Assembly: GCA_013239625.1 (NCBI GenBank)
Contig: MU057344.1
Span: 1,428,276-1,492,275, forward strand
DNA from: Lama guanicoe
Taxonomy: Eukaryota
DNA length: 64,000 nt
Direction: 5' to 3'
Of this stretch, positions 23,301 to 36,335 are shown piece after piece. Position numbers and translations under genes: made by a program. A model generated the notes under the pieces. That model was not told where the DNA came from and ran no database searches. It saw nothing but the letters and a program-made list of their open reading frames with translations. Numbering within the stretch: the first letter of the stretch is position 1; every line of letters starts with the position of its first letter.

Positions 23301-24270
23301 GCCGCCGGCCGGGTGCGCTCGCGGCCCGCACGACAGCCCGCCGCCGCTCCTCGGGCCAGCCGTGCGCCCTCCGCGCCCCGGCCTCCCGCGCCATCCGCTG
23401 CGAGGCCCGTGGGCCCGGGGCTGCGGCCCGAGAGGCGGGCAGGTGGGGGCGGCGGCGCCGCGGCGGCCCGGCGAGCGCGGCTCCCGAAGCCCGGCCGCGG
23501 CCCGGCTGCAGCGAAGTGGCGAGCGCCGCCCGGAGCCTTATCGGAGCCTCCTGCTCTCGCCGCCCCCTCCTCCGCGGCCGCCCGCCCACCCGTGGAAGAG
23601 GCGCCCGGCCGCTTCCCCTTGCGAATCCCTGAGGGACCACCAGGCCGATCAGTAGGCTCTTCCTCGGCCCGACCTTGCCAGGCCCGGCCTCGTCGCACCC
23701 AGGGCCGAGCCCCTCAGCGTGAACCCGGTGGGCGCGAAACTCGCGACAGTTTCCCGAAGTTCTACCCTCTTGGTTCGGTGCGCGGCCGGCTCGGCCCGAC
23801 CCGACAGCAGCCCCCACAGTCCGCAGGCTGCGCGTCGGGCCCACGGGGGAAAAGCAGCTCCCAGCTTCTGCAGGGTGCTCCTGGACTCTGCCCGCGGCCG
23901 CTCGGGGCCCCTCGTTACAGTGCCCCTTTCCACCCGGTCTCCTCTGCCCGGTGCTTATGGCCTCGGCCTCCTCGGCCTCCCATGAACTCTGGCCCCTCTT
24001 GGTGCGAACAGGGCCCCGCGTTTTGTGGCTGGTGCGGCTGGCAACGCGTGTTACCTGCCTGCCGGCAGGCATGTGCAATGTGCGTGTTCATGTGCATGTT
24101 CGGGTCTGTTTGTGCACCATGGATCTTCTCAGTGTCTTGGCTCCCTGGAGCAGGCCGCCTGGGTCGGGCTGTCGCCAAGAAAGGGCCCGAAGATGGAGCG
24201 AGAAAGTGGAGAGCGGCGGAATTCTCGCTGGGCCTTCGCTGCAAGCGAGAGGCCGGCTCAGTGCGCCCAG
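20400..24270. promoter_or_regulatory. Main promoter CpG island, probably bidirectional
   Basis: About 3.9 kb of very CpG-dense sequence with GC boxes (ggggcggg near 21853 and 22030), AGATAA at 22046-22051, and five assembly gaps. Confidence 0.92.
21432..22902. other. Cluster of five assembly gaps (21432-21613, 21880-22027, 22055-22378, 22427-22626, 22714-22902)
   Basis: N runs in the most GC-rich part of the island. Confidence 1.
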
Positions 24271-25809
24271 AGTGGCCGCAGAAACTTCCAAGTGTCCCAC
24301 GCCTGCCTGCTGTCAGCCTGGGCCTCAGCTCTCTGTGTGCTCCACCCAGCCAGGTGGGGAAGCTTGCTGGCCTGGCTCTGCTCAGGACCTAGAACAGGTA
24401 GCGACCTGCAGCCTAGCTCAGAGGCCAGAGAACTGGACCCAAGGGTAGGGCAGAGCACAGGTCTCCCCTTCCTGGGAGCCCTTATTGAGGAAAAGGCAGT
24501 GCCCAGCAGGTCTGTGAGGCTCAGACGCAGCTGCAGCCCACACTGGAGCAAGCACTGGGAACCCTTCCCGCTTGGGCCCCACAGTTAGGACAGCTGGCCC
24601 CAGCTCTCCCCAAGAAGGTAGCCCAGGCAGGCACAGGACCTTGCTGCCTGCCCGACACAGAGCACAGGACCCACCGAGGAATTTCACTTCACTGGACGAT
24701 ATTTCAAGCAGATGTGGACGTCCCTGGGGACCTGACTCCGTTACCTGAATCTGAGGCAGCAGGGCAGCCCGAGTGCCACCAGCAGAACCTCCCCCTCCAA
24801 GCCACATCCTGGCCAGGGTCAGGGAGCTGGGGGACTGGGACGGGGTCACAGGCATGAGGCCAGGGTGCAGGACTGGGCTGTGCCTGCGGCCATGTGCCTG
24901 GCATGGAAGGAGATCCAGGCTGGGGATGTGACCGCCTGACTCAGGGCTTGGGGGGCTGCCTCAGAGGGTATATCTGGGGCTCTCATTTCGTTTGTGCTTC
25001 CCGAGATCCTACTCCAGCGGCATCCCTCCTGCTGGGGCTGCATGCTGCCGAGCTGGTGGCACCTTTGGGGCCCGCACTGGGGACTCTGAGTTGAGTCTGC
25101 AACGACAGAAGCCACTGGGGCACTCAGGCCAGGGCTGCAACCCAGCTGCTGGGAAACTGCCCACCTCAAGCTGAGGCTGGGGGCAGGAGCAGTGAGGACA
25201 GGTAGGGGCCAGGGTCCCCTCCAACCGGCTAGGCCGTGCTGGTCTGTGGGAAATGAGGCTGTCCCTGTCCTCCATTTAAAAACAAAATGTCACACAAAAG
25301 CTTTGTGTTTCTGCTGCTGTTGGGAGCCAGGTGGCCAGGTAGGGGTCAACACAGCCACAGTGTCCTCCTGACCTCCTCACAGCACAGCTGGGGGGCCCTG
25401 TGGTGGGGGAGGATGTGCCCCCTAAGCTGTGTCCAGCCAGAGCCCCCATTGGAGCACCCTGAGGTATGAACTCCGTGGAGGGGACAGATCCAAGAGTCCT
25501 AGACACCACGTCTTCCAGGCCTGGGGAGAGCTTCCAGACAGCAGCCACTGCTGCTCCCCCCCCCCGGGTGGGGGTGGGGGCTGCTGCCTCTGCGCCTGCT
25601 TTGAGGGGGATGCCTGTGAGGAGGGCGTGTGTGTGACAGGGAGTAGGGGCGCCCTGGCTGCAGGCTGAGCTCCCAGCCTGTTCCTTCTCCCCAGCAGAAA
25701 CAGGCCAGGTCCCCCTCTGCTGGGCCCTGACCATCTCCCACCCTTGGAGGGGAAGCCTGTCCCTTCCGCCAGTCTCCTCCCTGGAGCCAGGACAGCAGCC
25801 TCCTGTCCG

Positions 25810-27220
25810 GACGCCGGGTAGGGCAGCAGTGCCAGGAAACGTCCAGCGGGAGTCTGGCGGCTCGCCCCGCTTCGGGCGAAAATGCGGAGGCTGCGGTGGA
25901 GGGGCGGGGTGCGGGGCTGGCTGCCAAGGCCAGGTGCCCCGCGGCGGCGGTGAGCGATTGCCTGAAGGCTCTGGCTGGCCAGGGGCCCCGCGGGTGTGCC
26001 AGGGCGCCCACCGAAGCTTGCGGGAGGGGAGGGTGCCGGGTCCTGTTCGTGGATGACCTCCCCACGTGCTCCGGGGGAAGGGCACCCGCTGCCGCCTGGG
26101 GTCCCCAGTCACTCGCCGCGTTCCTTCTGTTGGCCGCTGGCGTGGAGCAGGTGCGGGCTAGGCCTCCCCGACCCTGCCCGCCCGCAGCTCCTGCGCCCCG
26201 GGCGTCTCCCTTCCGGGCGGAGCGCAGGGCCGGGGACCCAGTCTCCCGTTTGTGCTGAGAGGCCGGTGCGGGCGGTGGAGCGGCCTGGGACTCCCCTCCA
26301 CGAGCCCCTCGGGGAGCGCGCCGGCTCGCTGGGCCGCCGTGGGCGCGATTAGCCCCGTTTTATTCAATTAGAAGGCAATTAGGGATCCTTGGGGGCTGGG
26401 CTGGTAATTAAGGTGACGTATAATTAGAGTTTCAACAAAAATTATCCAGGATTAAAAATCTTTCGAATACTTTCGTTTAAAAATTTCAAATAGCGTTAAA
26501 CACAATTTATCAGGTTTTGAATCAAACCCGTGTAACAAGTCTTGGACGCTGCAGCTCACGTAGCCGGCGCGGGAGGACAAGGCACAGTCGGGGTGCCGTC
26601 TCTGCGCGGGAAAGAAACTTCTCGAGGCGGAAGGAGCCGGCCCGGCCTCGCTGCGAGCGCAGACGCGGACTGCGCGGGGCTCCAGACGGCGCGGGCCGGG
26701 CCGGGCCGCGGCGCGGGGCACAGGGATCCCCGGCGGAGCCGACGGCGCAAGGCTCTCCGCGCACGAAGTCGCGACCAACTACAGCGCGGCGTGAGCGGCG
26801 CCCGCGTCTACACCGCGCAGCGGGGTGGTGGCGGTGGCTGCGCCCGGCCGAGCGCCCCTGGTCTCAGCCCGGCCGGAGCGGCGCCCTCCTCCCCCAGGGC
26901 CGCGGCGTGGCCCCAAGGGTCTTCGCCTCTCTTGGCTTTCTGGACGGAGGGAGTGGGCTCCGCAGCCGGCTGCTGACCTGGCCCAGACTCCATCGCGGGG
27001 CGCAGGCCCATGTGCGGTTCGAGGTCGCTCCGCGGACCTGGGTCCGGAGAGACGAGGAAGCAGGCGCGGGAGGCCGGGTCTAAGTTGCGGCTCTGCGGAG
27101 AAATCGAGGCGGGGGTGGGGAGTCTGGCTTGCCAGGAGCGACCCCTGCCTTCCCGGGCCGAATCCGCAGGCCCAGCTTCGACGAATGTGGCGCTTGGGCC
27201 CCGTGCATTCGCCCCCCTCA
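25810..27220. promoter_or_regulatory. Intronic CpG island with an embedded AT-rich homeodomain-motif core
   Basis: CpG-dense flanks around an AT-rich block at 26345-26540. Confidence 0.88.
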
Positions 27221-28352
27221 CCTGCCTGAGCCGAGACCCGAGGGGGCCACAGCCTGAGCCCTGCCTGCCCGTGTCCCTGTTGCTGCCGCTGCCTCAGGGA
27301 GGGGGTCCGGTGGAGGAGACACTTGGGAGACATGACCGCATTCCCCCTTCACTGACTGAGAAGGATGAAGTGTGGCCGGCTGGCACCACTTTTAGGGGTA
27401 AGATACGAAGGGCACAGAGAGGTCAAATAACCCATAGACAGTCACACAGCAGGTTAATTGTGAAACTGAGTGTCACTTAAAGTCCTCCAGGATTTCTTAT
27501 TTGGCAGCCCCCATCTCCTGAAGGCTGCAGTTAATTCCATAGGGGTTTTTTTTAATGTGTCAGGATTTAAGCATTTTCCCGGGGCCAACAGTCAGCTTCT
27601 AACACAAAAGCAAGCAAGACATCAGTGTGCTTAAAGCGTGCGAATGCATCTGTCGAACTTGAGCACTCAGCCTCCTCCAGACGGGGACTCTCTGCCTGGG
27701 ACTGGGCTCCTCCGCTGGGCAGGGGCCTTGCCTGGGGTGTCTCCAGCCCCTGGCTCTGGGTGTCCTCTCCCAAGGACAGGTGCAGGAGAGCTGGAGCATT
27801 GACCCAGGGTCGACCTTGTCCACCCCTCACATTCTGTCTTTTGCCTGAGCAAAGAGAGGAGGTGAGGTGTCGGGCCAGCTAGCTCCCCCTTCCCTCCACC
27901 CCAGATCTGGAGGGAGGTCACCACCGCCCCTCCCCCAGGCCGTCAGGGCGAGGTGGAGCTGCCGCGTGGACCTGAACCACAGGGTGAAGAGCCGAGGCCG
28001 CAGCTATAAGTCCAGTCTGGAATCGGCCACTCTTCCTTAAGTCTGGGCACCTCACGGGCCATCGTCAGGGCCAGGGGCCGGAACGGCCACTCTTGTGCGC
28101 CCAGGGCATCGGGGGTGGCCTCTTCTGTTCCAGCCGTCTCCTCGCTCTCTCAGGGTTTCACCATCAAATCCTCCTCTGTCCGGAGGTGCCCCGGCCAGGC
28201 CAGCGGCCCCTCCCTGGACTGTGAAGAACAATGGCCTGGGGTGGCAGATAGGAGTGCCGCGGGGCCTCGATACATATTTGTTTAATAGTTAACATTCTGT
28301 GCAAAAAAAGGAGGGAAGTCAGAGTCTGGTGAAGGCTTTGCTTATTTTATAT

Positions 28353-28644
28353 NNNNNNNNNNNNNNNNNNNNNNNNNNNNNNNNNNNNNNNNNNNNNNNN
28401 NNNNNNNNNNNNNNNNNNNNNNNNNNNNNNNNNNNNNNNNNNNNNNNNNNNNNNNNNNNNNNNNNNNNNNNNNNNNNNNNNNNNNNNNNNNNNNNNNNNN
28501 NNNNNNNNNNNNNNNNNNNNNNNNNNNNNNNNNNNNNNNNNNNNNNNNNNNNNNNNNNNNNNNNNNNNNNNNNNNNNNNNNNNNNNNNNNNNNNNNNNNN
28601 NNNNNNNNNNNNNNNNNNNNNNNNNNNNNNNNNNNNNNNNNNNN
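28353..28644. other. Assembly gap (292 N) in an AT-rich block
   Basis: Run of N. Confidence 1.
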
Positions 28645-31149
28645 TAGAATCTAAGGGAAAAAAATATATTATGGCTGTTTTTATAACCCTTTGCAAATGC
28701 ACTGTTAAAATAATTTATAATCATTTTAAAACATGGCTGGGTCCTGGTGAATATTTTATCTCCTCTAAAGAAGGCTCCGCATTCTCGCTGCACATTTTCC
28801 ATCTGACGCCTGAGCTGGTCCCAACCCCAAACATCATCTTTCGGGGTGGAGACAGTGCAGCTTCTGTTTAAACCGACCTGATGAGCGTGGGGTCACTTTT
28901 TCATTCTGGCCTGACTCTGTTTCCGAGGTAGATATTTGATGCAGCAACAGACTCACCTGAAATTCGCCTCGGGGTGGAGGGGCCCCCACGAGACTGGCGC
29001 TGCGAGCCCTCAACGCACCCAGACTTCCCCTCCGGGCCCCCGGGTGGGCGGACGGGGGTCCACAGAGAGGTTCTACAGGCATGGGAGCAAAGCCGCCCTG
29101 TGGGCAGTGTTCCTGGGCTCCAGCTTGGACAAGTGAGGGCAGCCCTTGCTCTGTTCACCTCTGAAACCCTGCTCAGGAGGGCTTGAGAACCGGTGACCTT
29201 GAACGCCCACTTGCTGCGTCTGGCGGGAGGCTTCTGCAGGACACGCTGGGCTGGGGAATTCACCAGCCTCGTGCTGCTTCTTCGGGGGGAGCACCCTTCC
29301 AAGGAGGCGTGCGCCTTCAGTCTGCACCCCGTCCAGTGTGGGGCGTGCGAGGGGTGTGTGCCCCGGGGTGTGTATGTGGGGATCCGCGCTACCCGCCGGA
29401 GTCCTTGCCCAGCCTGAGCTGCTCTGCCGTCGGCGAGGCGGGTGATGGAGAGTGCCTGCTCCTCACTCCCACAGGTGTGAGGCTGGAGACGGTGAGAAGG
29501 ATCTGTGGGGGGGGGGCAAAGCACGGGGCTCCTCTGCCCGGCGGTCTCCTGGTTCTGAGATGCTCTTCCCGGAGACCCGAGTCGTGGCCCGAGACCCCTG
29601 TTCCCTCAACGTGGGGGTGCAGCAGGAACACGGCCGGCTGTGAAGGGACAGGATGCGGGCTCAGCCTCCAGGCCTGCTGTCACTGTCCCTGTGCGGGTGC
29701 CGTGGGGGTCTGCCTCCCTCCCATCCCCAGGCAGTTCAAGGGGCATTGACAGGAGGAGAAGACCCTTCTCCTGGTTTGAGGCTGGGACCAGGGCTGCTCT
29801 CCTGCTCACGTGGGGAGGAGAGGGGCCCCTGGGACTCCAGGCGGTTTCTCGGGAGTGTCCCAGAAGCAGACTGCGGCCCTTCTGGCTGCGCTGGCAGCGT
29901 CTCCAACACCCTGGCCTTCAGCCTCCTGGCTCACCTGGGTGGCTACAGGTGGGTCTGACTTCCTCCTCTGGCACCAGGCGTGTGCTCCACACTTGACTTG
30001 GAGATGGGGTGATGGTGAGGCCTGAGGGAGACACTGGCACTGCCTCTTTGGGTCTGAAGCCCCGTCCTGTTTCTCCTGGGGGCGGCTGGAGGAGCTGAGT
30101 GGGGAGAGCCCAGGCCGGGCCTGCCCGACCCCTAGCTCCAGGGGCCCCGCCGTGCTTCCGGGACTCCAGGAGTCCAGCACGGCCCTCAGGCCTGCGGCCT
30201 GCTTCTCTTCAGTGCTCTGCAGAGTCAAGAGATGAGTGGCTTTGTCTACTTTCCCACTTTAGAAAGGGTAACAGAGCTGGGCACTGGTGCCAATGTCAAA
30301 GCCATGCTGGTGGGCGCCCTGGACGCTGCTCCCATGACCACGCGGGGGCCTCCCCCTGCGGCTGGCCTGTGGGACGGGCGGGGTGGCTGGGGCATCTCGG
30401 GCCCCAGAGCCGGCGTGCCGTCCACTCCAGCACCGGGCTGGGCTGCGTCCCCTCCTGTCCGTCTCGGCTCATGGCCACCAGACCCTGGTCTTTGAAGTCG
30501 GAGGAAGGGGGTCCGTCTGGGAGGGTCAAAGTGAGCTGTGACTCAATCGAGGGGCTGCAGAGTGTGGACAGGTGGGTGTTCGTGCCCCCTGTGCTTCCTC
30601 CCCGGCCACCAGCAGAAGGTTCTGGAAGGGGGCATGGTGTTTGGGGAGGGGATTCTGCCTGGGGCGGGATGTCCCACGCAGGCAGGCAGGCAGGCAGACC
30701 CAGGTGGCTTACCTCCTGGGCCTGCTGGGGAAGCTGCTTTGTCAGGCCTCAGCCTCCCTGCTCCGTGGGGGCCACTCAGGGCCGCAGCAGAAGGCCGTGT
30801 CCGTACCTCGATTCGCCGCCCAGCTCGGTCGCGAAATAAAGCACACACGGTCCTTAGCTCGTGGTTGTATTTTCCGACTGGGGAGCACAGGTGCGGGGGA
30901 CTGTTTCCACCCCGACGTGCAGCAGGGCGCTCACCAGGCGAAGGCCGAGCCCGCCCTCCCGCTGCCCTCCCGGCCCCCGCCCAGCCTAGGCCTTTTCCAT
31001 CCTCACGTCTACCTTTGGGGTTAAACAGCTGTTGGCATCTGCCGGCTCTTTTCTCATCAGAGGCCTCCCAGGGCCCGCAGGGGTTGGGTCTCCTGCTTGT
31101 TTTGGCTGCACTGTTCCCCTTGGCGGTTCACCTCTGCGTGTCGTCCATG

Positions 31150-31260
31150 GGCCTACTGTGTGCCAGGCTCTGAGACGTACCTGAGGGTCCCAGGCAACTG
31201 CGGACCCACTCAGAGGAAGATGTGTCAGGTCCCCGTGCTCTGGGCAGTGTCATGGATGCC
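31150..31260 (-). mobile_element. L2 3' fragment, antisense
   Basis: 'cctactgtgtgccaggctctg...caggtccccgtgctctgg'. Confidence 0.45.
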
Positions 31261-34200
31261 CACTGGACTCAGGTCCTCACTGGCCAGCAGGTCCTTGTCC
31301 CAGGGCCTGGGCCTCTGTGTCCAAACCACTCGGAAGGGGAGAGAAGCAGCAGGCCGCCCCTGCCTCAGCACGTTTGGAGACTCCCAGCTCGCGGGACCCC
31401 CGAGTCCTGCCTCTGCGCTTGCGGAGGGGTTGCTGGACCCCCGACTCACTGCTCTACTGCAAATCAGAAAGGCCCGAAGGAAAGGGAGGGAGCGGCGCGG
31501 GAAAGAAGGTTTGCGTATCTGTCTTTGCTTCCGTGAGAGCCTCTCTCTCTCTCACTCTTAAATTCAGTGGCTCAGACGAAATTTGTACCGCGTATCTCTG
31601 GTTCCGATGGCAGGCAGGGCACCGCCAACATTTCAGCACAGGAGTGAAATGCCTGGGTCAACGGAGGATGTGTCTGGGAACCGAATGTGCCTGGGAACCC
31701 TTTCCTGGGACACGGTTTAACCTCATACCTGTGTTGAGACCGCAGGAGTCAATATTCTGCCGAAATATGGATTTGCATAACACACGCCCTGCTAGCTGCT
31801 TTTTCTAGTCTCCGGGAAAGGGGCGCGCATTTAAAAACGCTTTGGACGTTTGTACCTGCTCAATGGGCTGTAACAGCCTCTTCAGAGACGCCCAGAGACA
31901 TCAGTCCGTAAAACATTTAAACAAAGACCGAAAATCCTGCTCACTGGAGGAGCCCGAGGGGTGGCCACAGGCGAGCTGCTGCAACCCGGGCAGAGCTCTC
32001 CTCTGTCCCTGGTGCAGCCAAGCCAGGCCCCTGTCACTCCCTGGCACCTTTCTGCCTGCAGGTGACACTCCCTGGTAAAGGTTCAGAATGAGGCCACGTC
32101 CCCAGAATTCATACTTCTGCCGCACAGGCCACCTCTGGTCTTGGTCCCGGAAAAGCGATACGATTAGGTCCTCGCCGGGCTGGAATCGGCGTCACCGCCG
32201 TGTGCTGCCCTGACAGCCGTTCCCAGCCCCCAGACGCACAAGTGGCTGTCAGTCCCCTCTCCCTACTTGCTGTCCTGATCGAAGGGGGTCCTGGGTGCTA
32301 TTTCTGGGGGTCAGTGGGGAGGAGAGCACAGGCTGCTCGTAGGCCCCCAGGCCCCCCTCTGGACGGAGCTTGTGACCCAGAGGACGTCTTTTGCTCAGTC
32401 AAAATCGAGCTGTTTAGGCTGTGGCCACCAGCCTGGGGCGGTGCCACCTTCCTCTTCACTGCCACCTGCTCGTCCCCAGATGCCTTCCGGGGAAGCCTGG
32501 CCTTCTTTGCAAATCACTCTCAGCTCTTATTCCTGGAAAAGCCAGTGAATTCTTGAACTGCTTGAGAGCCAGGGAGCATTTTGTTGGCCGGAGCTGACGC
32601 TGCTCTCGGCGGGAGACACGGCCCCTGACACACACCCTTCGTCCGGGCCATGGGCTGAGGGTCTCCAGGAGCGTGCGGATGCGTCCATGCGGGCGCTGCA
32701 CCTGTGCACTGGTGCCCGCACCTGTGCTCCAGCCTGGGTCCGACGTCCGAGGGAGATGCGCCCTCAGGCCGGTCTTTTTTGTCGGTGACTTTGCACCTCC
32801 CTGCCCACTTGTGCTTTGCAAAGAGCCCCTCGTTTTCACTGCCGCCCCCCACCCGTCCCAGTGTCACTTAGCTCCCTGCGGCGTCTGGAGCAGGGGCTGC
32901 AGCAGCCGGGCGGGCCTGGCCCAAAGCCGTTTGCAGCTGGTCGTCGTGTGAGAAGAGACGGGAGAAGTTCAAAGGTGCAGGGAGGGCGATGGCCGAGCAC
33001 TTTCCCGCAGTTTATAACCCCATGGAAGAAACAAAGGGGAGCGGGGGCTGTTTGGATAATCCTGGGCCCTAGTGCTCGCATTTAGAAAAATTAGGCCCTC
33101 TTGAAAAATTACAGAATTATGCTGCCAGTGTCAGGTTCCGAGATAATGATGTGTCTGTGTGCGAAAATATTAAATTGCAATCGCACGCCTGTGAGTACCT
33201 CTCTGAATAGGGTATTCAGTTCCCAGCTCGGGCTGAGCATAAAGCTAGTGACTGACAGAATACAAATGGTGTCGTAAAGCACTGGGGGGGTTTACAGCCG
33301 GGCTCCGTCCTTCTGATCGGCTGTTCCATCTCGGCCCATCGAGCCATCCTTTTCTGTAATGAAACAGCCCAACAATGTGGCTAATTATTTATTTATCACG
33401 TTAGCAGGAGGAAAAGCTGTCACAGACAGATCAATTTTTCCCTGGAAGTGATTTGACAAGACTTTAAAAACCAGCCCCACGATGGAATGTCGGGCGCTGT
33501 CCTCCGACCTCCCCAAGTCCGCGTCATCCACTCCACTGATGCCTGGTTTTAAAACACCCACCGGCCGCTCGCTCCCTCACCCAGCCGGAGCCCAGGCAAC
33601 CTTGAGCCAGCCCAGTGCCCTTTCTGCCCAGGGGGCTTCTCACTGCTTTCCATCCAGAGGAACGGGGTCCATGGCTACTTCTGTGCAATGAGATCCGAGT
33701 AGCAGCACGGAAACCTGGGGCAACGGGAGATTTCTTGTGTCCCCCCAGCCCCACGCCCGGGGAGACCTGGCATCTCTGCCCATGAGCCGGGTGCCACCAG
33801 GGTGTCTGGGCCCCCGATGCTCCATGCTCCCGTGTGTGTTCAGGGTGCTCCTGCATGTGCACGCAAGTGTGTCCGACAGGCAGGAGGTGGAGTTTTGGTG
33901 ACGGCACGTTTGGCTGAGTGTCCTTTTGAACAAAAGGGCAGAAAAAAAAAAAAAAAGCAGTGGAAAGTAAGGGCGGTTAGATAGAAACCCCGGGGCAGAT
34001 CGCTGGCCCGAGGGGGGGCTCTCGTTTCACGGCTGGGAGTCAGAATTGCAAAGCCAAGGGCCCCTGCGTCTTAACTTTCCCTCCATCGAAGGTGTTAATC
34101 TTACCTTCCGAAGGTTAGATAAAGCCCCTCAAAGCTGCTGCTGGCTATTGAATCTCATCTGCTAATGACCGCGGCGGGCCCGGGCAGGCCATCTCGGCCG

Positions 34201-36019
34201 CACCACTGGTCCCTGCGGCCCGTGGCCGGGTAAGAAACCCGCCGTAACTCCCACCAAGTTCTCCGTTTACCCGGGGTTTTAGGTTGCCTCCCGTGCCTGA
34301 CAGACTGCCCGCGTCCAAAGGGGAGGGGATGGACAGCCATGGCGAGGGTGAGGAGCCCATTACTGCGGCCTGGGGCCCTCCTGCTTCTCCGGGGGACCCC
34401 TGCCCCAACTCTGACCACAGACGCAGCCTGGCAGAGGGAGGGCAGGGCCAGGCGCAGAGGCAGGCTGCCTTGGGTTTCCGGACAAAGAACCCCGGATTCT
34501 TTGCCCACCAGACACAGATGTTGCCCGGCTTCACGTGCGGGGCCTGCCGGCTGCGAGGATACAGGGAAGTGGCAGTTTAGTGCAGCCTGCAGTCAGATCG
34601 GCAGGACATGGGGCCTCTGGGCCAGATCTGGGCCCCCCGGAGAACTGTGACCACGATGCCAGTTCCCATCCCAGGGTGCTGGTCACCAGCAGTGAGCACA
34701 GCTTGGACACAGGGTGCGCGGAAGGGCCAGTGCCACAATGACCTCCCTCTTCAGGGAAGCCCTGACGCTCACCAGGCCTGTGAAAGCAAAAGCCAAGCCG
34801 AGCCCGCCCTTCCCCGCCTGGCCCAGAGGCAGTGGCCGTCAGGGCCCAGGGCCAGCAAGCAGAGGGGCGACAAGGCCAGGGCGCCCCCGTGATGCCAGAG
34901 AAAATGGACTTGGAGTTGAGTGCTACCAGCCCTGGGCCTGGAGAGGGTCGGTTCTTGCTCTTTCTTCCCACGTTCCCATGGGATGAGTGGCTCCGTCACC
35001 TTAGCTGGCAGTGGACCCAACCAGGGGAGCTTGGTGGGTTCTCCTGCGGGCCGAGTGCTGTCCCTGGTGGGGAGGCTGGCCCTCTGGGGCCCAGGCCAGT
35101 GGGCAGAGGGAGGGTGGGCGGGAGGCTCTGGGCGGGGCGTAGTGAATGCCTGTGGGGCCTCGCGATCTCCAGGAGCAGGCAGAGCCCCCCACCCCAAGTC
35201 CCGTGAGAGCACCTGCAGGCCAGCTGGACCGGTGTCAGTGGGACAATGGCTTGTCCTCGTCTGGAGTCACCCCTGGCCACGGGCGAGACAGACCAGAGAG
35301 TTGCCCATAAGCAGGGACCCTGGGGGTGAGCAGATCCCGACTTGCTGGGGGCCGTGAAGGCCAGGGTGATGTGTGCAGGCTGCTTGACGTTGTGTCATTA
35401 CTGTCACGCTCTGCAGGATCCAGGCTGTCATTGTTAGCAGCTACTTTGGGCTTCTGGAATTTTCTTGCACCTGGCAGAAGGCAGATTTGTGTGTGAGTGT
35501 GCAGGGCTGGGCAGGCTCTCCAGGGCCTCTGGATGTGGCCTACAGGTTAAAAATCTCGTCCAAATGGCGTCGTGATGAGTGAGAGGCCTCCTGGCCAGGG
35601 CTCTGAGCCGCCCACCAGCCCGTTGTGTGGGGCTTGGGCCGCTGTGGAGTCTGTGGAACTGGGCAGGTATCTTTATTGGATTTGGGGGCCTCCACCACCC
35701 AGTCTCCGGGAGGAGAGGAGCCTCCGGCTGCAAGCCACCCTCAAACATCAGGACACAGTGCCAGCCGCGGGGACGGAGGCCAGCATGTCCGAGAATCGGA
35801 GTTTTGAACCTACCCTGTCTTTCAGGGTCTCTTGCTCGGTTTAGCTGCAGGGGATTTGGGGCTCTGGGTGGCAGGAGCCAAAGCTGAAAGGGAAGGCACT
35901 TTCTCCTCCCTCTGCTGTTGGATATCCAGCTGGCCCTCTAACTCCTGAGAGTGTGTCTCTGATGTCTTCCAGGTGGTCACGGCATGGACTCGAGACATGG
36001 GGGCTTTGCTGTAATCAGT

Positions 36020-36335
36020 CAGTGTGTGCATGGACACTCACCTGCATGCTCACATGTGTACAGGCACACATGCACACACGTTCACACTCAGGCAAGGCAC
36101 ACACTTGAACCGTGCCTGCACAGAGCACACACAGGCAACACAGGTGCACATGTATGCATCCGTGTGCACACGTGTCCTCACACACACAGGTACATGCAGC
36201 CCATCTGCACACGCACTGGCACACATTTGCACAAGTCGCACAATGCAGTGCATATAAGCAACACGGGCACACACACACCCCCCTGTACACACACATGCGT
36301 ACGTGCGTGGTGCTCTGTGCACACGGATGTGGCTG
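36020..36335. repeat. Degenerate CA/TG-rich alternating purine-pyrimidine repeat
   Basis: Recurrent cacaca, tgca and catg units over about 310 bp. Confidence 0.85.

Noticed and set aside
21739-23655. 638-aa ORF and other ORFs spanning the N gaps
   Set aside because: Their length is an artefact of N runs. The visible parts are low-complexity R/P/G/A translations of a CpG island.
22950-24392. 480-aa ORF with an ATG in good Kozak context
   Set aside because: No recognisable domain, and overlapping long ORFs occur in other frames and on the opposite strand, as expected when stop codons are scarce in very GC-rich DNA. Not formally excluded without PhyloCSF.
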